Of a stretch of 33,652 bases of DNA, positions 9,158-19,833 are shown in pieces. The DNA comes from a virus. Each line of letters opens with the position of its first letter. The stretch's first letter is position 1. The notes beneath the pieces are model-generated. The model was not told the DNA's origin, did not search any database, and saw nothing but the letters and a program-made list of their open reading frames with translations. The stretch is taken from positions 1 through 33,652 of the IMG/VR virus record IMGVR_UViG_3300000052_000002. One strand, written 5' to 3'. The translations under genes and the position numbers were made by a program.

Positions 9158-9670
9158 TTATGTTAACAATGTTGCCAATGCTGTTGAATTAACTTCATAT
9201 GCCAAATTCTTTTCATCCCCTTCAAAAACCAATTCATAACCATTACGATCTGCCAAAACCTTTCCGGTTTTATTTGCTGATGTGGTTAATGTCAATCCGT
9301 AATCTCTGCCATACATCCAACCGGTGCCATTCTCATCAACAAAAACAAAAATCAATCTGTTCTGTGCCAACAAAAATAATTCATTTCTAACGGCTGTGGT
9401 CATTTTGTTGATGGGAAATTTAATTGTCTGTTTGTTTGACAATGTTCCCATTTCCCTTGATGCTGTCAATGCTTCATCTCCTTCCGCTGTATGTGCGATC
9501 AGGTTATATTTTTTAAATGTTTTCAAAGAAACTTTGGTGATGGCTGTGATCACTCCGGCCGTTTCTGTTACTGATGCAACATTTTCAAATTCAATTAAAT
9601 AAATGTCCTTTATGCCCCCATAAGATAGACGACAATCAAGGTTGTAACCGGTGCTCAAACTGCATGCCAT
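9158..9670 (-). CDS. Abundant virion protein, major tail tube candidate (170 aa)
   Basis: It lies immediately downstream of the capsid gene and is bracketed by hairpin terminators. It begins MACSLSTGYNLDCRLSYGGIKDIYLIEF and is beta-rich. The function is inferred, not demonstrated. Confidence 0.4.
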   Translation of the reverse strand: MACSLSTGYNLDCRLSYGGIKDIYLIEFENVASVTETAGVITAITKVSLKTFKKYNLIAHTAEGDEALTASREMGTLSNKQTIKFPINKMTTAVRNELFLLAQNRLIFVFVDENGTGWMYGRDYGLTLTTSANKTGKVLADRNGYELVFEGDEKNLAYEVNSTALATLLT

Positions 9671-9721
9671 GGCTATATATTAAAATTTTTTATAATATGT
9701 TAAATACTTCAATTAAAATTA

Positions 9722-9743
9722 GGGCCGGTTAAATTCCCGGCCC
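9722..9743 (-). terminator. Hairpin terminator or attenuator after the capsid gene
   Basis: The minus strand reads GGGCCGG-GAATTTAA-CCGGCCC followed by TAATTTTAATT. Confidence 0.6.
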
Positions 9744-9752
9744 TGTATATTA

Positions 9753-10751
9753 TTAACCTAAGTATAAAACATTTGTGTTCTGCCTTGCAACGTGTGCCGC
9801 AATTGTGAAAATGTGCTTTACAAACATATCTTCACGATTATTTGCAATTTTGTTGATTTCCATTCTGTTGATGTCGCTAACCAAATCGGTTGCCCAAATC
9901 AAATTTGATGGCAATGCAACGATCATGCAATTTTCAGGAACCGGAACAAATTTGATTTCAATTCCATTGTAAAAATATTTGTCCGCTTTAATGTCAACCG
10001 AAAACAAATCACGATATGTTGCCGAAACATTGAAAATGTTAATCAATTGTTTGTGGCTATATGGTGCGTATATGTATGGCTTTTCATTCTGTGCCAAAAC
10101 AACCGCCGGCAAAGCAGCATAGGCCTTTGCGTATTCTGCATTTATGTTGGTGCTGCTGATTGTGGTTCCCAAAACCTTCACCCTGGTTCCCAATGCACCA
10201 TTGTTGTAAATCATTTTCGCAACAACCCCATCAAACAATGATGCCGTTTGTGCGGCTGCCCATGTTTGTTCCGCTGCTCCAACTGATCCCTGGCCAACTC
10301 CTGGTGTTAATGCTGCAACTGCTGTTTTTGTTGCTGATGTGATTCCTGTCCACCACTTTGATTCCGCATCCAATGAAACTTCCTTTCCATATGCACCCAA
10401 TACAACCCTTTCAAATTCGGTTGATGCAATTTCCCAGGCCCCTGGCTTCATTGATCTTTTGAATCTTGATGGTCTTAATGCATTTGGATCAAATTCATGA
10501 TAGAACATCACTTTGGTTGGTGTAACCAATGTATCAACAATGTTGAATGTTCCACTTGATGTTGGTGCCCCTGATGCATAGGCTTGCATGGCAACAACGT
10601 TTGTATTTTCTGTGAAAATACTTTCATTCTTTACATCTGATTCAAATGAAACTAAAGATTCCTCAATTGTTTTGTTTTGAAACAATAATTCTTCTAATAT
10701 GGGTTCGTATGCTTTACCCCTGATGTCTGATATTGTAGCCGAAATTGCCAT
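9753..10751 (-). CDS. Major capsid protein, HK97 fold (332 aa)
   Basis: The size fits, it follows the protease and scaffold genes, and the overall sequence pattern is typical of HK97-like capsid proteins. Confidence 0.8.
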   Translation of the reverse strand: MAISATISDIRGKAYEPILEELLFQNKTIEESLVSFESDVKNESIFTENTNVVAMQAYASGAPTSSGTFNIVDTLVTPTKVMFYHEFDPNALRPSRFKRSMKPGAWEIASTEFERVVLGAYGKEVSLDAESKWWTGITSATKTAVAALTPGVGQGSVGAAEQTWAAAQTASLFDGVVAKMIYNNGALGTRVKVLGTTISSTNINAEYAKAYAALPAVVLAQNEKPYIYAPYSHKQLINIFNVSATYRDLFSVDIKADKYFYNGIEIKFVPVPENCMIVALPSNLIWATDLVSDINRMEINKIANNREDMFVKHIFTIAAHVARQNTNVLYLG

Positions 10752-10770
10752 CCTGTTTGGTTTTTAAATT

Positions 10771-10929
10771 TTATTTATTTTTTTTGTCTTGTTTAACTTC
10801 TTCAATGTCATCCGGAAATCTCGTTTGTAAATGTTCCAAAACTTCCTGACTTAATTCGCTTTTGTTGTCAAATCCATTGCATTGTTTGCCATATGGATAA
10901 ATAACAACATCATTTTTAATTTTTAACAT
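10771..10929 (-). CDS. Small hypothetical protein (52 aa, below the ORF-track cutoff)
   Basis: Hand-translated: MLKIKNDVVIYPYGKQCNGFDNKSELSQEVLEHLQTRFPDDIEEVKQDKKNK*. It fills the scaffold-capsid gap. Confidence 0.4.
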   Translation of the reverse strand: MLKIKNDVVIYPYGKQCNGFDNKSELSQEVLEHLQTRFPDDIEEVKQDKKNK

Positions 10930-10932
10930 AAA

Positions 10933-11481
10933 TTATTTTTGTGCCCTGAATTTTTCCAATGGTGATAATTCATCAAATGATTTTGCCTTTTCAATTGGTT
11001 TTTCAATGCTGTTGTTTCCCATCTTTTCAACCAATGCAAACATCTGCTTCAATGTTTCTTTTTGTGCTGCAATGGTTTTTTTAAGATCAGCAATTTCATT
11101 TTTTGTTGCTGCAAAATCTGCGTTTATTGCTGAAAACATGCCTGGCAATTTCTTCATGGCTTCAACTTCAATTTCAACCTTTGCCGGTTCTTCTGCTGCC
11201 ATGATCTCGGTGATCAATCCGCTAACAACTTTCATTTTTGTTCCATCTTCCGCCTCATATTCCCCATCTGCTGCCGGTGCCCCATTCAACAAAACTGATC
11301 CACCAACTTCAAGTTTATCAACTTCCAAAATCAACCCATCCTTTGTTTTAACTTCAATGAACTTTGCCGGTTCTGCTGCCGGTGCAACAACCGCCGGTGC
11401 TGCATCATTAAACAACATATTTTTTATCTTTTCAATTGCTTCCTTTGTGGTCATAATATAATATTTAATTGATTGTATCAT
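10933..11481 (-). CDS. Scaffolding protein candidate (182 aa; alternative start MTTKE at 11454)
   Basis: It sits between the protease and capsid genes. It is Ala/Glu/Lys-rich and helical, with an AEPAK repeat. Confidence 0.55.
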   Translation of the reverse strand: MIQSIKYYIMTTKEAIEKIKNMLFNDAAPAVVAPAAEPAKFIEVKTKDGLILEVDKLEVGGSVLLNGAPAADGEYEAEDGTKMKVVSGLITEIMAAEEPAKVEIEVEAMKKLPGMFSAINADFAATKNEIADLKKTIAAQKETLKQMFALVEKMGNNSIEKPIEKAKSFDELSPLEKFRAQK

Positions 11482-11517
11482 TTTTTAAAACAATGTTGAA
11501 TTTATAAAAACAATTTT

Positions 11518-12333
11518 TTATTTAACACTATTTAAAATCTCAACTATCTTTTCAAATTGAATTTGATATTTTGATTTTAATTTCATTCCGAAATTTCCTT
11601 CAACCGAAAATCCCTTCACAATGTCATTCTTTACCATATCCCAGGCAACATCATTTTCAACATACATTGATCCAAATAATGTTCCATCCGGTAAATCCTC
11701 AAATCCTTCCATTGCCTTTATTCCCCTGGATTTATCCGATTGGAAAATTTCAAATAATGTAACTCCTGGCGTTACCATGTCGGGATTGTGCATAATATTT
11801 ACATTTTTCTGAAATCCACGTTTTGCATATTTGATGGCAATCTTTTTTATTGTTTCCGGTGAAAAATAAACTTCATATTCCGTTTCCGTTTCTTTATCAA
11901 ATCTGTAAATTTTTTGATTTGGGATCATCAATGGTCCGGAAATTATTCGCTGTTCTTCATTCTGTATTGCAAATGATTTTCTTTCAATTTGCTTGATTTT
12001 GGATTCTGCCCAACTCAATGCGGATTGAGCATTGTTTTTAACTGCATCCGGATAATCTGAATATGATTCATCTGCAAAATGTTGCTCCCATATTGAATTG
12101 CATATTGCCACCGCCTGATCATTATCTTTGCCCTCATTAATTACATAGGAAATACATTTTGGCAAAAATGATTCCTTATTTTGTCCTTTTGATGGTGTTA
12201 TAAATTCATCATTGAATTTCAAAAATGGCCGCTTTATGGCCGGGGAATTCACCAATGCAATAAAATCAATCTCCAAATCTGATGATAATTCATCATCAAT
12301 CAACATTTCATAAACAGGTAATTTCACTTTCAT
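11518..12333 (-). CDS. Prohead protease, XkdF-like (271 aa)
   Basis: The motifs IDFIALVNSPAIKRPF, ISGPLMIPNQKIYR, FSPETIKKIA and NIMHN resemble the XkdF putative serine protease family. Confidence 0.6.
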   Translation of the reverse strand: MKVKLPVYEMLIDDELSSDLEIDFIALVNSPAIKRPFLKFNDEFITPSKGQNKESFLPKCISYVINEGKDNDQAVAICNSIWEQHFADESYSDYPDAVKNNAQSALSWAESKIKQIERKSFAIQNEEQRIISGPLMIPNQKIYRFDKETETEYEVYFSPETIKKIAIKYAKRGFQKNVNIMHNPDMVTPGVTLFEIFQSDKSRGIKAMEGFEDLPDGTLFGSMYVENDVAWDMVKNDIVKGFSVEGNFGMKLKSKYQIQFEKIVEILNSVK

Positions 12334-12349
12334 ATTTGTATTTTTATTA

Positions 12350-14167
12350 TTATCCTAATCTTGCCAATCTTTGCAATCTTGATTGCCTTTCTTCATTTGA
12401 ATTAATATCACTCAAAACAACGTATGCACGATTAATTCCCCCGGCTGCGGCATTCCCGATTGATTGTATTGATGCTGAATCCAATGATGTTTGTGATGTT
12501 GTAGGTGATAATGGTGCATTGGTTGGGATTGATGGTGCTGATGCCGCACCGCCGCCACCTGATCCACCTTTTACCTGGGATAATATCCCCCTGGCCTTAT
12601 TTGCCGCTGCCAATACTGCGGAAATTTGTGTTGCGTAAAAAATAGGAAATGCAAATGGTGCTGCCGGCCCTGTTGCTTTTGCCCCCTTCTGTGCAATGTC
12701 CAATCCCTGAATAAAACCAATCCCGGTGCCAATTACCAATTCAGCCAATGCCGCTGTTTTGCTTGCCGCTGTGCCCTGGGCAAATAATTGGGAAATTTGC
12801 CCCAATGCCCCACCAACCGCCGCTGCAAATTGATATTGTGCCGCAATCTTTGAATCCATTAATGCCTGATCATCAATGGCTTTTTGTTTGTTAAGATCAG
12901 ACAATTGTTTTGTGTATTGCATATCTGCAATGTCCAATGCCGCCTTTTTTTCATTGTATGCAATCTGTGCATCAATCCGGGCCTGGGTGCCTAACTTAGT
13001 ATTATTTATGTTTTCCTGTAACCTGGTTAATTCAATTTCCCTTTCCTCATCTCTAATTTCCTTTAATGCTTGTAACTTTTTAAATTCATCATCAATCAAT
13101 TCTGCGGCTGCATTTTTACGATCCAATGCAATTTGGTTATCTGATTCCATTACCGCCTGGGCCATTGCAATTTGTTCTTTTGCCAATGCCACCGCATTCA
13201 CTTTCTGTTCTGATTCCAATCCGGTAATCTGTGCCAATACCCCTTGCCTTTCATTCAATGCCTGGGTTAATGCCACTTGCAAATCAATATTCCCTTTGTT
13301 TAAATTCAGGTCATTTTGTGCGGCTGCAATCTTTTGATTTGCCAGGGCCAACATTGCCTGTTGTTGCTGCTTCAATACTTCACCCAATTGATTATTGGCC
13401 GCAATCCTTACATCAATTGAATTGGTTTCATCATCCCGGATTTGCCTTTGTTGCTCGGCTAAACGATCATATTTTTCAACTAATCCCTGTAATTGTGCGG
13501 CTGATAACTTTGCAGTATTCTGCAATTTCGTTTGTGCTTCTGCGGCTGTGTAGGTTGCTGTTGCATAATCCACAATTGCATTTGTTGCATTAACAATGAT
13601 TCCGGCTGTATCATCCACCCCGGTCATTACATCCAACATTTCCTTTCCGGCATCCTTTACCGATTCAATGGCACCTTTGAAATCACCGGTAAACAATTGC
13701 TTCAATGCTGTTCCCAGGTACCCGATTGTTTCCAAAAATGAATTGAATCTTTCAATCAAATTATCCTGGATGGCATCCCCGAAATTCTTTAATGATTCAA
13801 CCGGATTTTCAAAGATTGATTTGAACCAACCAACAACATTTCCGATGTTCTTACTCAAAAATGAAAACAAATCATTAAATGCAATGCTCAAAAAATTCAT
13901 GGCTGTTGACATTGCATCCGCCACCTTTTGATTTTTGCCCAATGTTTCCTTGAACAATCCGAATGCGGCTTCAATCAATGTTAAAACTCCCAACCCCTTC
14001 AATGCTGTTCCTAATGATGCAAATGCCCCACCACCTTTTTTTGCTGCTTCGGATGTTTTATCTATTTCCTCGCCGGCTTTTTTAATTCCCTTTTGGGCCT
14101 TGTTTATTTCCTTTTCTGCATCCGCTGTTTCAACCGATAATTTCGCCTTTACATTTATATCTGCCAT
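12350..14167 (-). CDS. Tape-measure-like or internal virion protein (605 aa)
   Basis: Long helical, coiled-coil Ala/Gln-rich protein with a Gly-rich hydrophobic segment (AAVGGALGQI...VIGTGIGFIQG) and a GGSGGGG linker. Confidence 0.45.
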   Translation of the reverse strand: MADINVKAKLSVETADAEKEINKAQKGIKKAGEEIDKTSEAAKKGGGAFASLGTALKGLGVLTLIEAAFGLFKETLGKNQKVADAMSTAMNFLSIAFNDLFSFLSKNIGNVVGWFKSIFENPVESLKNFGDAIQDNLIERFNSFLETIGYLGTALKQLFTGDFKGAIESVKDAGKEMLDVMTGVDDTAGIIVNATNAIVDYATATYTAAEAQTKLQNTAKLSAAQLQGLVEKYDRLAEQQRQIRDDETNSIDVRIAANNQLGEVLKQQQQAMLALANQKIAAAQNDLNLNKGNIDLQVALTQALNERQGVLAQITGLESEQKVNAVALAKEQIAMAQAVMESDNQIALDRKNAAAELIDDEFKKLQALKEIRDEEREIELTRLQENINNTKLGTQARIDAQIAYNEKKAALDIADMQYTKQLSDLNKQKAIDDQALMDSKIAAQYQFAAAVGGALGQISQLFAQGTAASKTAALAELVIGTGIGFIQGLDIAQKGAKATGPAAPFAFPIFYATQISAVLAAANKARGILSQVKGGSGGGGAASAPSIPTNAPLSPTTSQTSLDSASIQSIGNAAAGGINRAYVVLSDINSNEERQSRLQRLARLG

Positions 14168-14168
14168 T

Positions 14169-16193
14169 TTAATAAATTCTATTGATGATCTTTAAAAATT
14201 CAATTGTGCATGTATCTTCATTACTTGCATTAAAATCAATGATTTTGTTGATTCTGTATAAAACCCCATCAACCCAAATCAATTTACTGAAATCAATTTT
14301 GTAAATATCCTTGTAATCCAATTTGATGTTACATGTTAAAATCCTGGAATCTTTATCTGTGATCTCTGCAAGGTATGCACTCCAATATGTGTTGAACAAA
14401 TTACTGAATGGATATGATGGCACCGAAAAATTTATTTCTGATGGTGCTGCAAAGTTAAGATCAAAAACAGGTGATGTTGGATTATCCAAATGGCCTGAAT
14501 ATCCATAATCTGTTGTTGTTGTCAATGTTACCCCACCATTTTTGATTGCCCATGATGTAACCCCGGTAATTTTCTTTCCTTGCATAATCCGGATGATGGA
14601 ATCAATTTGATCCTCTGAATTATTTGAATTTGATAATTTGTAAATTGATGGAAATATTTTATCTGTTCCGGTGTATTGATACAAAACAGATTGTGCAAAG
14701 ATCAATTCAATTGAAATTGTATCTTTTGAAAAATCATATTGTGAATCATAATTGTAATCACCATAACCCAAATTAAATTTTTTCCTGTAATTCTCTGAAA
14801 AATAATCGTTATCAGGTTTGAATTTATATTGATAATACCTGGCATTTAGTTCTGCCATTGGTTTCATCTTCATTGGTTTTGATCTGTCAATTTTATTGCT
14901 CCAATCAATTGCTGTTGCATCTGCATAAAAATCAACAAATGGAACAACCTTCAATTTTTTATCCGTTTCATAATCTTCAAAAATGTAAAGATTAAACATT
15001 TTACAAATTGATGAAATGAAATCCTTTTGAAATATTCCCTTTGGAATGGTATCATTAATCTGTAATGTATCACCATAACTGATTGGAATCCTGGTTGGTG
15101 TTGTGGCTGTGATTGTAAATGCCCCACCATATTGTTGAATCTGAATTACATTGGATTGGATTTCCAATTTGATCTGATCGGATGTATTGAATGTTACATT
15201 ATTTACGGATAAGTTAACTCCAAATGGCCTGGGCACCGATGGAACCGAAATTGTTACCTGGGATAATATTGTTGCATTTTTCTTTAAATAAAATGTTACT
15301 GATGTCGGGGATGATGTAACGGAATTTATTTGCCCGGCATAATAACAATAAATATTGGTATTCAAAGATGTTGCCGGTGTATAAGTGAAAATATCATTGT
15401 TGATTGATGCTGTGAATGATCCCAGGGTTGTGATGGTGTACCTGGCATTTGATATTGATGAATATGTTGCCGCTGTTGCATCCGCATCAAATGCAATTGA
15501 TGTTGTGGTGTACAATTGTTGCTGATTGTTTGGGATGTGCAATGTTTGAAACAATGCTGATGATAACATTGGAAAATCCCAGGTGTAACCGGAACCACTA
15601 ATGATTTTTTCCAAATATTCTTTTACATACAGGGCCGGTTTAAATGTTTTAACATCAAAATCAACTTTCAATGTTGATGCGGCCCCATAATCAATCAAGG
15701 GAAAATAAACCCCTGATCCGGTTATTGAATTCCATGAATTAACAATATTGGTATAATTATACGCTTGATTGTATGTTGAAAAATCCAAATCCTCAATCTT
15801 TTTATTTGCCAAAGCATTTATAAAACCGGCCATTTCGCCAAATATTGCGGCTTCATATTCAATGAATCCATCATCAATGATGATTTCCATGATCCTGAAT
15901 ATCCCTTTAAAAATCTGCATGTTGTCGGCAAAAATTATTGCATTTGCTGCAATGGATGCATTGAAATTAATATTGATGTTTTTGGATGTTGGGATGTATT
16001 CATTGCTTTGGTTGATATTAAATATGTTGCCAAATATTTTATTATTGTTTTTGGTACCTGGCAATATGATCGTTTTCGAAAACGTTGAATTTTTTGCCCC
16101 AAAATCTTTAATATCATCAATTGACATTGTCAACAATGTAGAAAACCCCTGATTAATATCCACCGGATAACCTTCAATAAATAATTCTATCAT
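14169..16193 (-). CDS. Large tail or baseplate structural protein (674 aa)
   Basis: Long ORF joined to the upstream gene by an ATGA overlap. It is beta-rich and Asn/Ser/Thr-rich, with N-terminus MIELFIEGYPVDINQGFS. Confidence 0.45.
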   Translation of the reverse strand: MIELFIEGYPVDINQGFSTLLTMSIDDIKDFGAKNSTFSKTIILPGTKNNNKIFGNIFNINQSNEYIPTSKNININFNASIAANAIIFADNMQIFKGIFRIMEIIIDDGFIEYEAAIFGEMAGFINALANKKIEDLDFSTYNQAYNYTNIVNSWNSITGSGVYFPLIDYGAASTLKVDFDVKTFKPALYVKEYLEKIISGSGYTWDFPMLSSALFQTLHIPNNQQQLYTTTSIAFDADATAATYSSISNARYTITTLGSFTASINNDIFTYTPATSLNTNIYCYYAGQINSVTSSPTSVTFYLKKNATILSQVTISVPSVPRPFGVNLSVNNVTFNTSDQIKLEIQSNVIQIQQYGGAFTITATTPTRIPISYGDTLQINDTIPKGIFQKDFISSICKMFNLYIFEDYETDKKLKVVPFVDFYADATAIDWSNKIDRSKPMKMKPMAELNARYYQYKFKPDNDYFSENYRKKFNLGYGDYNYDSQYDFSKDTISIELIFAQSVLYQYTGTDKIFPSIYKLSNSNNSEDQIDSIIRIMQGKKITGVTSWAIKNGGVTLTTTTDYGYSGHLDNPTSPVFDLNFAAPSEINFSVPSYPFSNLFNTYWSAYLAEITDKDSRILTCNIKLDYKDIYKIDFSKLIWVDGVLYRINKIIDFNASNEDTCTIEFLKIINRIY

Positions 16194-17332
16194 GCAAATT
16201 GGGTTTTATAGGTTGTTGCAAATTCAACATCAATTGTGAAATTAATTAATCCATCCACCAAATGAATTTTCCGATCGTAATTATTATTCGTAATCATTAC
16301 CGGATAAAATGTGCCGGCATCCTCAACAAAAACATCTGCTGATGTAATCAATTGCTGTAAAAATTCGTAATCCGCATCCGTTACCCAATCCGAATTTAAA
16401 CGCAATTTTTCTTTAAACCTTCCGGCAAATTGGGTTTTTTGTTTGTGCATCACGTTTCCGGTTTTAACTGAAACAACCCCGGATCCGTTTACTTTAAATG
16501 GTAATTGATTCCATGATTTGCGTTCAACCTCAATTGTTTTTTTACTTACTTTATTGAACAAAAATGATTCAAATCCACCCCATTGATTCATAAAATGCAT
16601 CATGTAATTTTGATACATTCCTGTACATGCAATATTTACAACATAGGTTTTTGATCCAACTTGAACAGAATATGTTTCTGTTGATGTTGTGAAATTACCC
16701 GGATATTCTGCATTTATGGCCCCTGGTGAAATGTTTAAAATCTGCATGGTGTTGGCCGCTGATGGTGTTATTACCTTTGTCCTGGTTGATGTTCCGCCTG
16801 TAATTACAACATTGTATGTTGATGATGCTTCCGCAAAGTATGGGATGAAATAAAAATTTGATCCAAATGTTAATGTGATGGATGAAACACGATCGGATAA
16901 CACATCATCATTGTAATTTCCCAAATTTGTAAAATTGGATATCCTTCCGTTAAAATGATTAAAATAAATCCTGGCTGAATCAGTCAAAACAACCGGCCCA
17001 ATTGATCCGGAATATTCTTCCTTTATCTTTATCACAATTGACAATTGCCAACTACCCTGGCCCAATTCCTGGGCATTGATCACATTTGATGTTGGGGAAA
17101 ATGTTGTTGATACATATTCCCGGATAACTGATCCAAAATCCATGATTCCCCGATTGCTGACAGGATTTGGAAAATACTTACCTGTGAATACCTGGGTGCC
17201 ATTGATGAAAATTTCACCAACATATTTATAATTAGGATATAAAACCGGATCTGCGGCATGTGCATCATATGCAACATAAACAAGAAAATCATTTACTGAT
17301 GAATATGCTGCCGGTGTTGATTCAAATATCAT
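16190..17332 (-). CDS. Tail structural protein (380 aa)
   Basis: Long ORF translationally coupled on both sides. I recognise no motif. Confidence 0.4.
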   Translation of the reverse strand: MIFESTPAAYSSVNDFLVYVAYDAHAADPVLYPNYKYVGEIFINGTQVFTGKYFPNPVSNRGIMDFGSVIREYVSTTFSPTSNVINAQELGQGSWQLSIVIKIKEEYSGSIGPVVLTDSARIYFNHFNGRISNFTNLGNYNDDVLSDRVSSITLTFGSNFYFIPYFAEASSTYNVVITGGTSTRTKVITPSAANTMQILNISPGAINAEYPGNFTTSTETYSVQVGSKTYVVNIACTGMYQNYMMHFMNQWGGFESFLFNKVSKKTIEVERKSWNQLPFKVNGSGVVSVKTGNVMHKQKTQFAGRFKEKLRLNSDWVTDADYEFLQQLITSADVFVEDAGTFYPVMITNNNYDRKIHLVDGLINFTIDVEFATTYKTQFA

Positions 17333-17958
17333 GTGGTTAAATTATTTATGATGTCAATTTTTAATGCAATCCCCAATTCCGTTTCTGCATATTTTGTAAA
17401 ATCTTCGGTTGCATTTGTCCAAAATCTCCTGGGTTTTATACCTTGTCTTTTTATTGTTGCTGCCAATGCCAGGATCTGTTTTGTTTCAACGTTCTGTAAT
17501 TTCATCCCTCGGCGTTCCCTGGATGAAATTCCCACCTTTACATTCCTTGCACTCATTCCCTCTCGGTTCACATATTGTTTCAATGATAAAAACATTGGTG
17601 ATCCTTCCCTGGTGCCTTTTGTTTTAAAATTGAAACGTGATCCACGATCAACCTTCCATCCGTTTACCCCCTCATCCAAATATGATGCATATTCTGCTGC
17701 CTTAATTCCAACGGAATAAACCCCACCGGTTTCACTCAATTCCGTTAATTGCAATGATCTTTCCAAATCCCCGGATGATTTTAAATCCTGGTTTATTATT
17801 TCCTCGGTGATAAAATCAATGTACTTTGCCCCCAGGTGAACAATTGTATTTTTAACATCCTTCAAATCAACTTTGGATAAATTGGCTGAATCATATTCCG
17901 CCAATTCCAAATCTGATGATTGCAATACCTCATGAACTAATTTCGCTGATGCTGCCAC
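17329..17958 (-). CDS. HK97 gp10-like head-tail joining or tail-completion protein (209 aa)
   Basis: AAEYASYLDEGVNGW ... IKPRRFW resembles the gp10-family signature (ya.fvEfGt ... Pf). Confidence 0.45.
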   Translation of the reverse strand: MAASAKLVHEVLQSSDLELAEYDSANLSKVDLKDVKNTIVHLGAKYIDFITEEIINQDLKSSGDLERSLQLTELSETGGVYSVGIKAAEYASYLDEGVNGWKVDRGSRFNFKTKGTREGSPMFLSLKQYVNREGMSARNVKVGISSRERRGMKLQNVETKQILALAATIKRQGIKPRRFWTNATEDFTKYAETELGIALKIDIINNLTT

Positions 17959-18630
17959 CTATTTATTTTTTTTATTGTTATAACTTTGTTCACTTTTCAG
18001 GTATGCCAAATCATTCAATGCCTGTATGATTGGCAAATTATAAGCATCTTCCAATTTTATTCCTTCATGTGCTGCAATCTGCTTTGCTGAAAAAAACCAT
18101 CCGAATTTTGTAATAAATTCATGTGGTTCCTCATAACTTTTAATTTCATCATCATCATCACTTTCCGTTTCATCCGGGATTTCAAATAATCCTTTGTATG
18201 AATTAATCAATTCGTTAAATGAATTAATGAATTTGATGATGTCATTTAAAACATAATTCGCCGGCATGTTGGCAATTAATTCTGCTTTATGAACATGATC
18301 CCGGTTATCATTCCAAATTGATGCACCAACCAAATGCAATGATTCGCTTTGCCCATCCTTCAAAAAATGTTGCACCTCAATAAATTGCCCCAGGGTGATT
18401 TTTTTTGCATCTGTTTGGAATTTCATCCGCACCCAAAAAGGCTTTTTATTAACCTGGTTGAATATTTTAATGATTTTTTTTGTGTACCTGATGAACCTTT
18501 TGGCATCCATTGAATAAATTTCATTCAATTCCAACCCAAAATAATCACATATTAACAATGAAATCATTTGTATTTCATCATTTTCAGGATCATAAAACCC
18601 GGCTAATCTTTGGTATTGATACAATTTCAC
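17959..18630 (-). CDS. Hypothetical protein with an acidic C-terminal region (223 aa, GTG start)
   Basis: First ORF after the terL terminator. It contains ETESDDDDEIKSYEE. It may be a chaperone, but that is unproven. Confidence 0.35.
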   Translation of the reverse strand: MKLYQYQRLAGFYDPENDEIQMISLLICDYFGLELNEIYSMDAKRFIRYTKKIIKIFNQVNKKPFWVRMKFQTDAKKITLGQFIEVQHFLKDGQSESLHLVGASIWNDNRDHVHKAELIANMPANYVLNDIIKFINSFNELINSYKGLFEIPDETESDDDDEIKSYEEPHEFITKFGWFFSAKQIAAHEGIKLEDAYNLPIIQALNDLAYLKSEQSYNNKKNK

Positions 18631-18673
18631 ATTAATTGTATCATTAATTATTGATTTGTTGTAAAAAAAATAT

Positions 18674-18695
18674 GGCCAGGATGGAAATCCCGGCC
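18674..18695 (-). terminator. Rho-independent terminator after terL
   Basis: The minus strand reads GGCCGGG-ATTTCCAT-CCTGGCC followed by ATATTTTTTTT. The stem has one G-U pair on the minus-strand RNA. The same position is an A-C mismatch on the plus strand. Confidence 0.7.
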
Positions 18696-18724
18696 GATTG
18701 TACCACCACTAAACCAATAACAAT

Positions 18725-19833
18725 TTACCAATCATCAGCAAATGAATAAGATCCATTGTTTTCATATTGGGATAATTTATTTAATGCTACATACCTAATG
18801 GCATCAATGGCATGATTCAAAACATCTTCCGGAGCATTAATTGCCTTCCCTGTCTTATCCTTTGCCCATTTGTATTGCCTAATCTCTTTAATCAAATTTA
18901 GGCTTCCCCTGGTGATTCTCATTTCATATTGCTGTAATCTATCAATTGAATTTTTTATTGAATCCGGCCCCTTCCTGGCTGCTTCAACATAAAATCCGGC
19001 CAATGATAAATCCATTATTGATTTGGGTTCCGCTGAATCCGCAACAATACATTCATTCATTTTTACATTTTTCTGCTTCAGATGTGAAATGATATCTGAA
19101 TTTGTTAATTTGGTTTGATACAACATTTCATCAATGTAAATTTTATCATCAAAACGATAAACCCCCACCAATGCTGTTGGATCTGCGGAAAATCCCCAAT
19201 CTAAACCATAACTGATGAATTCTGCATCATCCGGAATCCTGTCGCATTGTTCCCAATTGTTAAAAATCACCCCTTCCAAAGATCCAATTTCCCCCAGGCC
19301 ATAAACTTTGTACCAATTGGCCCAAAATGATGATCCCTGTTCTGCCTTTGCTTTTGCTTTGTTGATGAAATTCAATGATTCCGGTGGACATGCTTCGTTA
19401 TCTGTGTAATTTATAATCAGGTAATCAACATCGTTATCATTCATCAATTCATCATGGAACCAAAACGGATTTGTTGGGTTCCAATCCAGGTAAACCCCTT
19501 TTTTTGTCCTGGATGCCAATTCGGTGTACGAATGAAAATTCATGTTATTTGCCTCATTCATGTACAGCCAATCCCTTCGGGCCCCTCTTAACTTTGAATC
19601 ATTATCTGCGGAAAAAAATTCAATCTGTGATCCATTGGCAAAGTTATATTTGAAATCCGTTTGATTGAAACGATCTGAAAACCATCTTCCTGTATCAATC
19701 ATGATCTTTCGGAAATCCTTCATGGCCCCCCTTTTTAAATGTGGGATGGATTCCGCCACAATGGAAATTTCTGAATTTGGAAATTTTGTTGCAATATCAA
19801 TGAGTATTGGGATAATTGCATAAGTTTTGCCGG
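18725..19833 (-). CDS. terL: Terminase large subunit, exon 2
   Basis: The track ORF 18725..19759 extends in frame to ...(S)GKTYAIIPILIDIATKFPNSEISIVAESIPHLK and is stopped by TAA directly upstream of GCC GGC AAA ACT. It has a Walker B-like DWLYMNEA and a C-terminal nuclease-like half. Confidence 0.8.

Noticed and set aside
3575-16152. Numerous plus-strand track ORFs (e.g. 3575..3934, 11006..11461, 12282..12638, 12876..13337, 13231..13593, 13596..13931, 15769..16152)
   Set aside because: They are antisense shadows of long, motif-supported minus-strand genes. Their products are low-complexity, and they have no independent start context.
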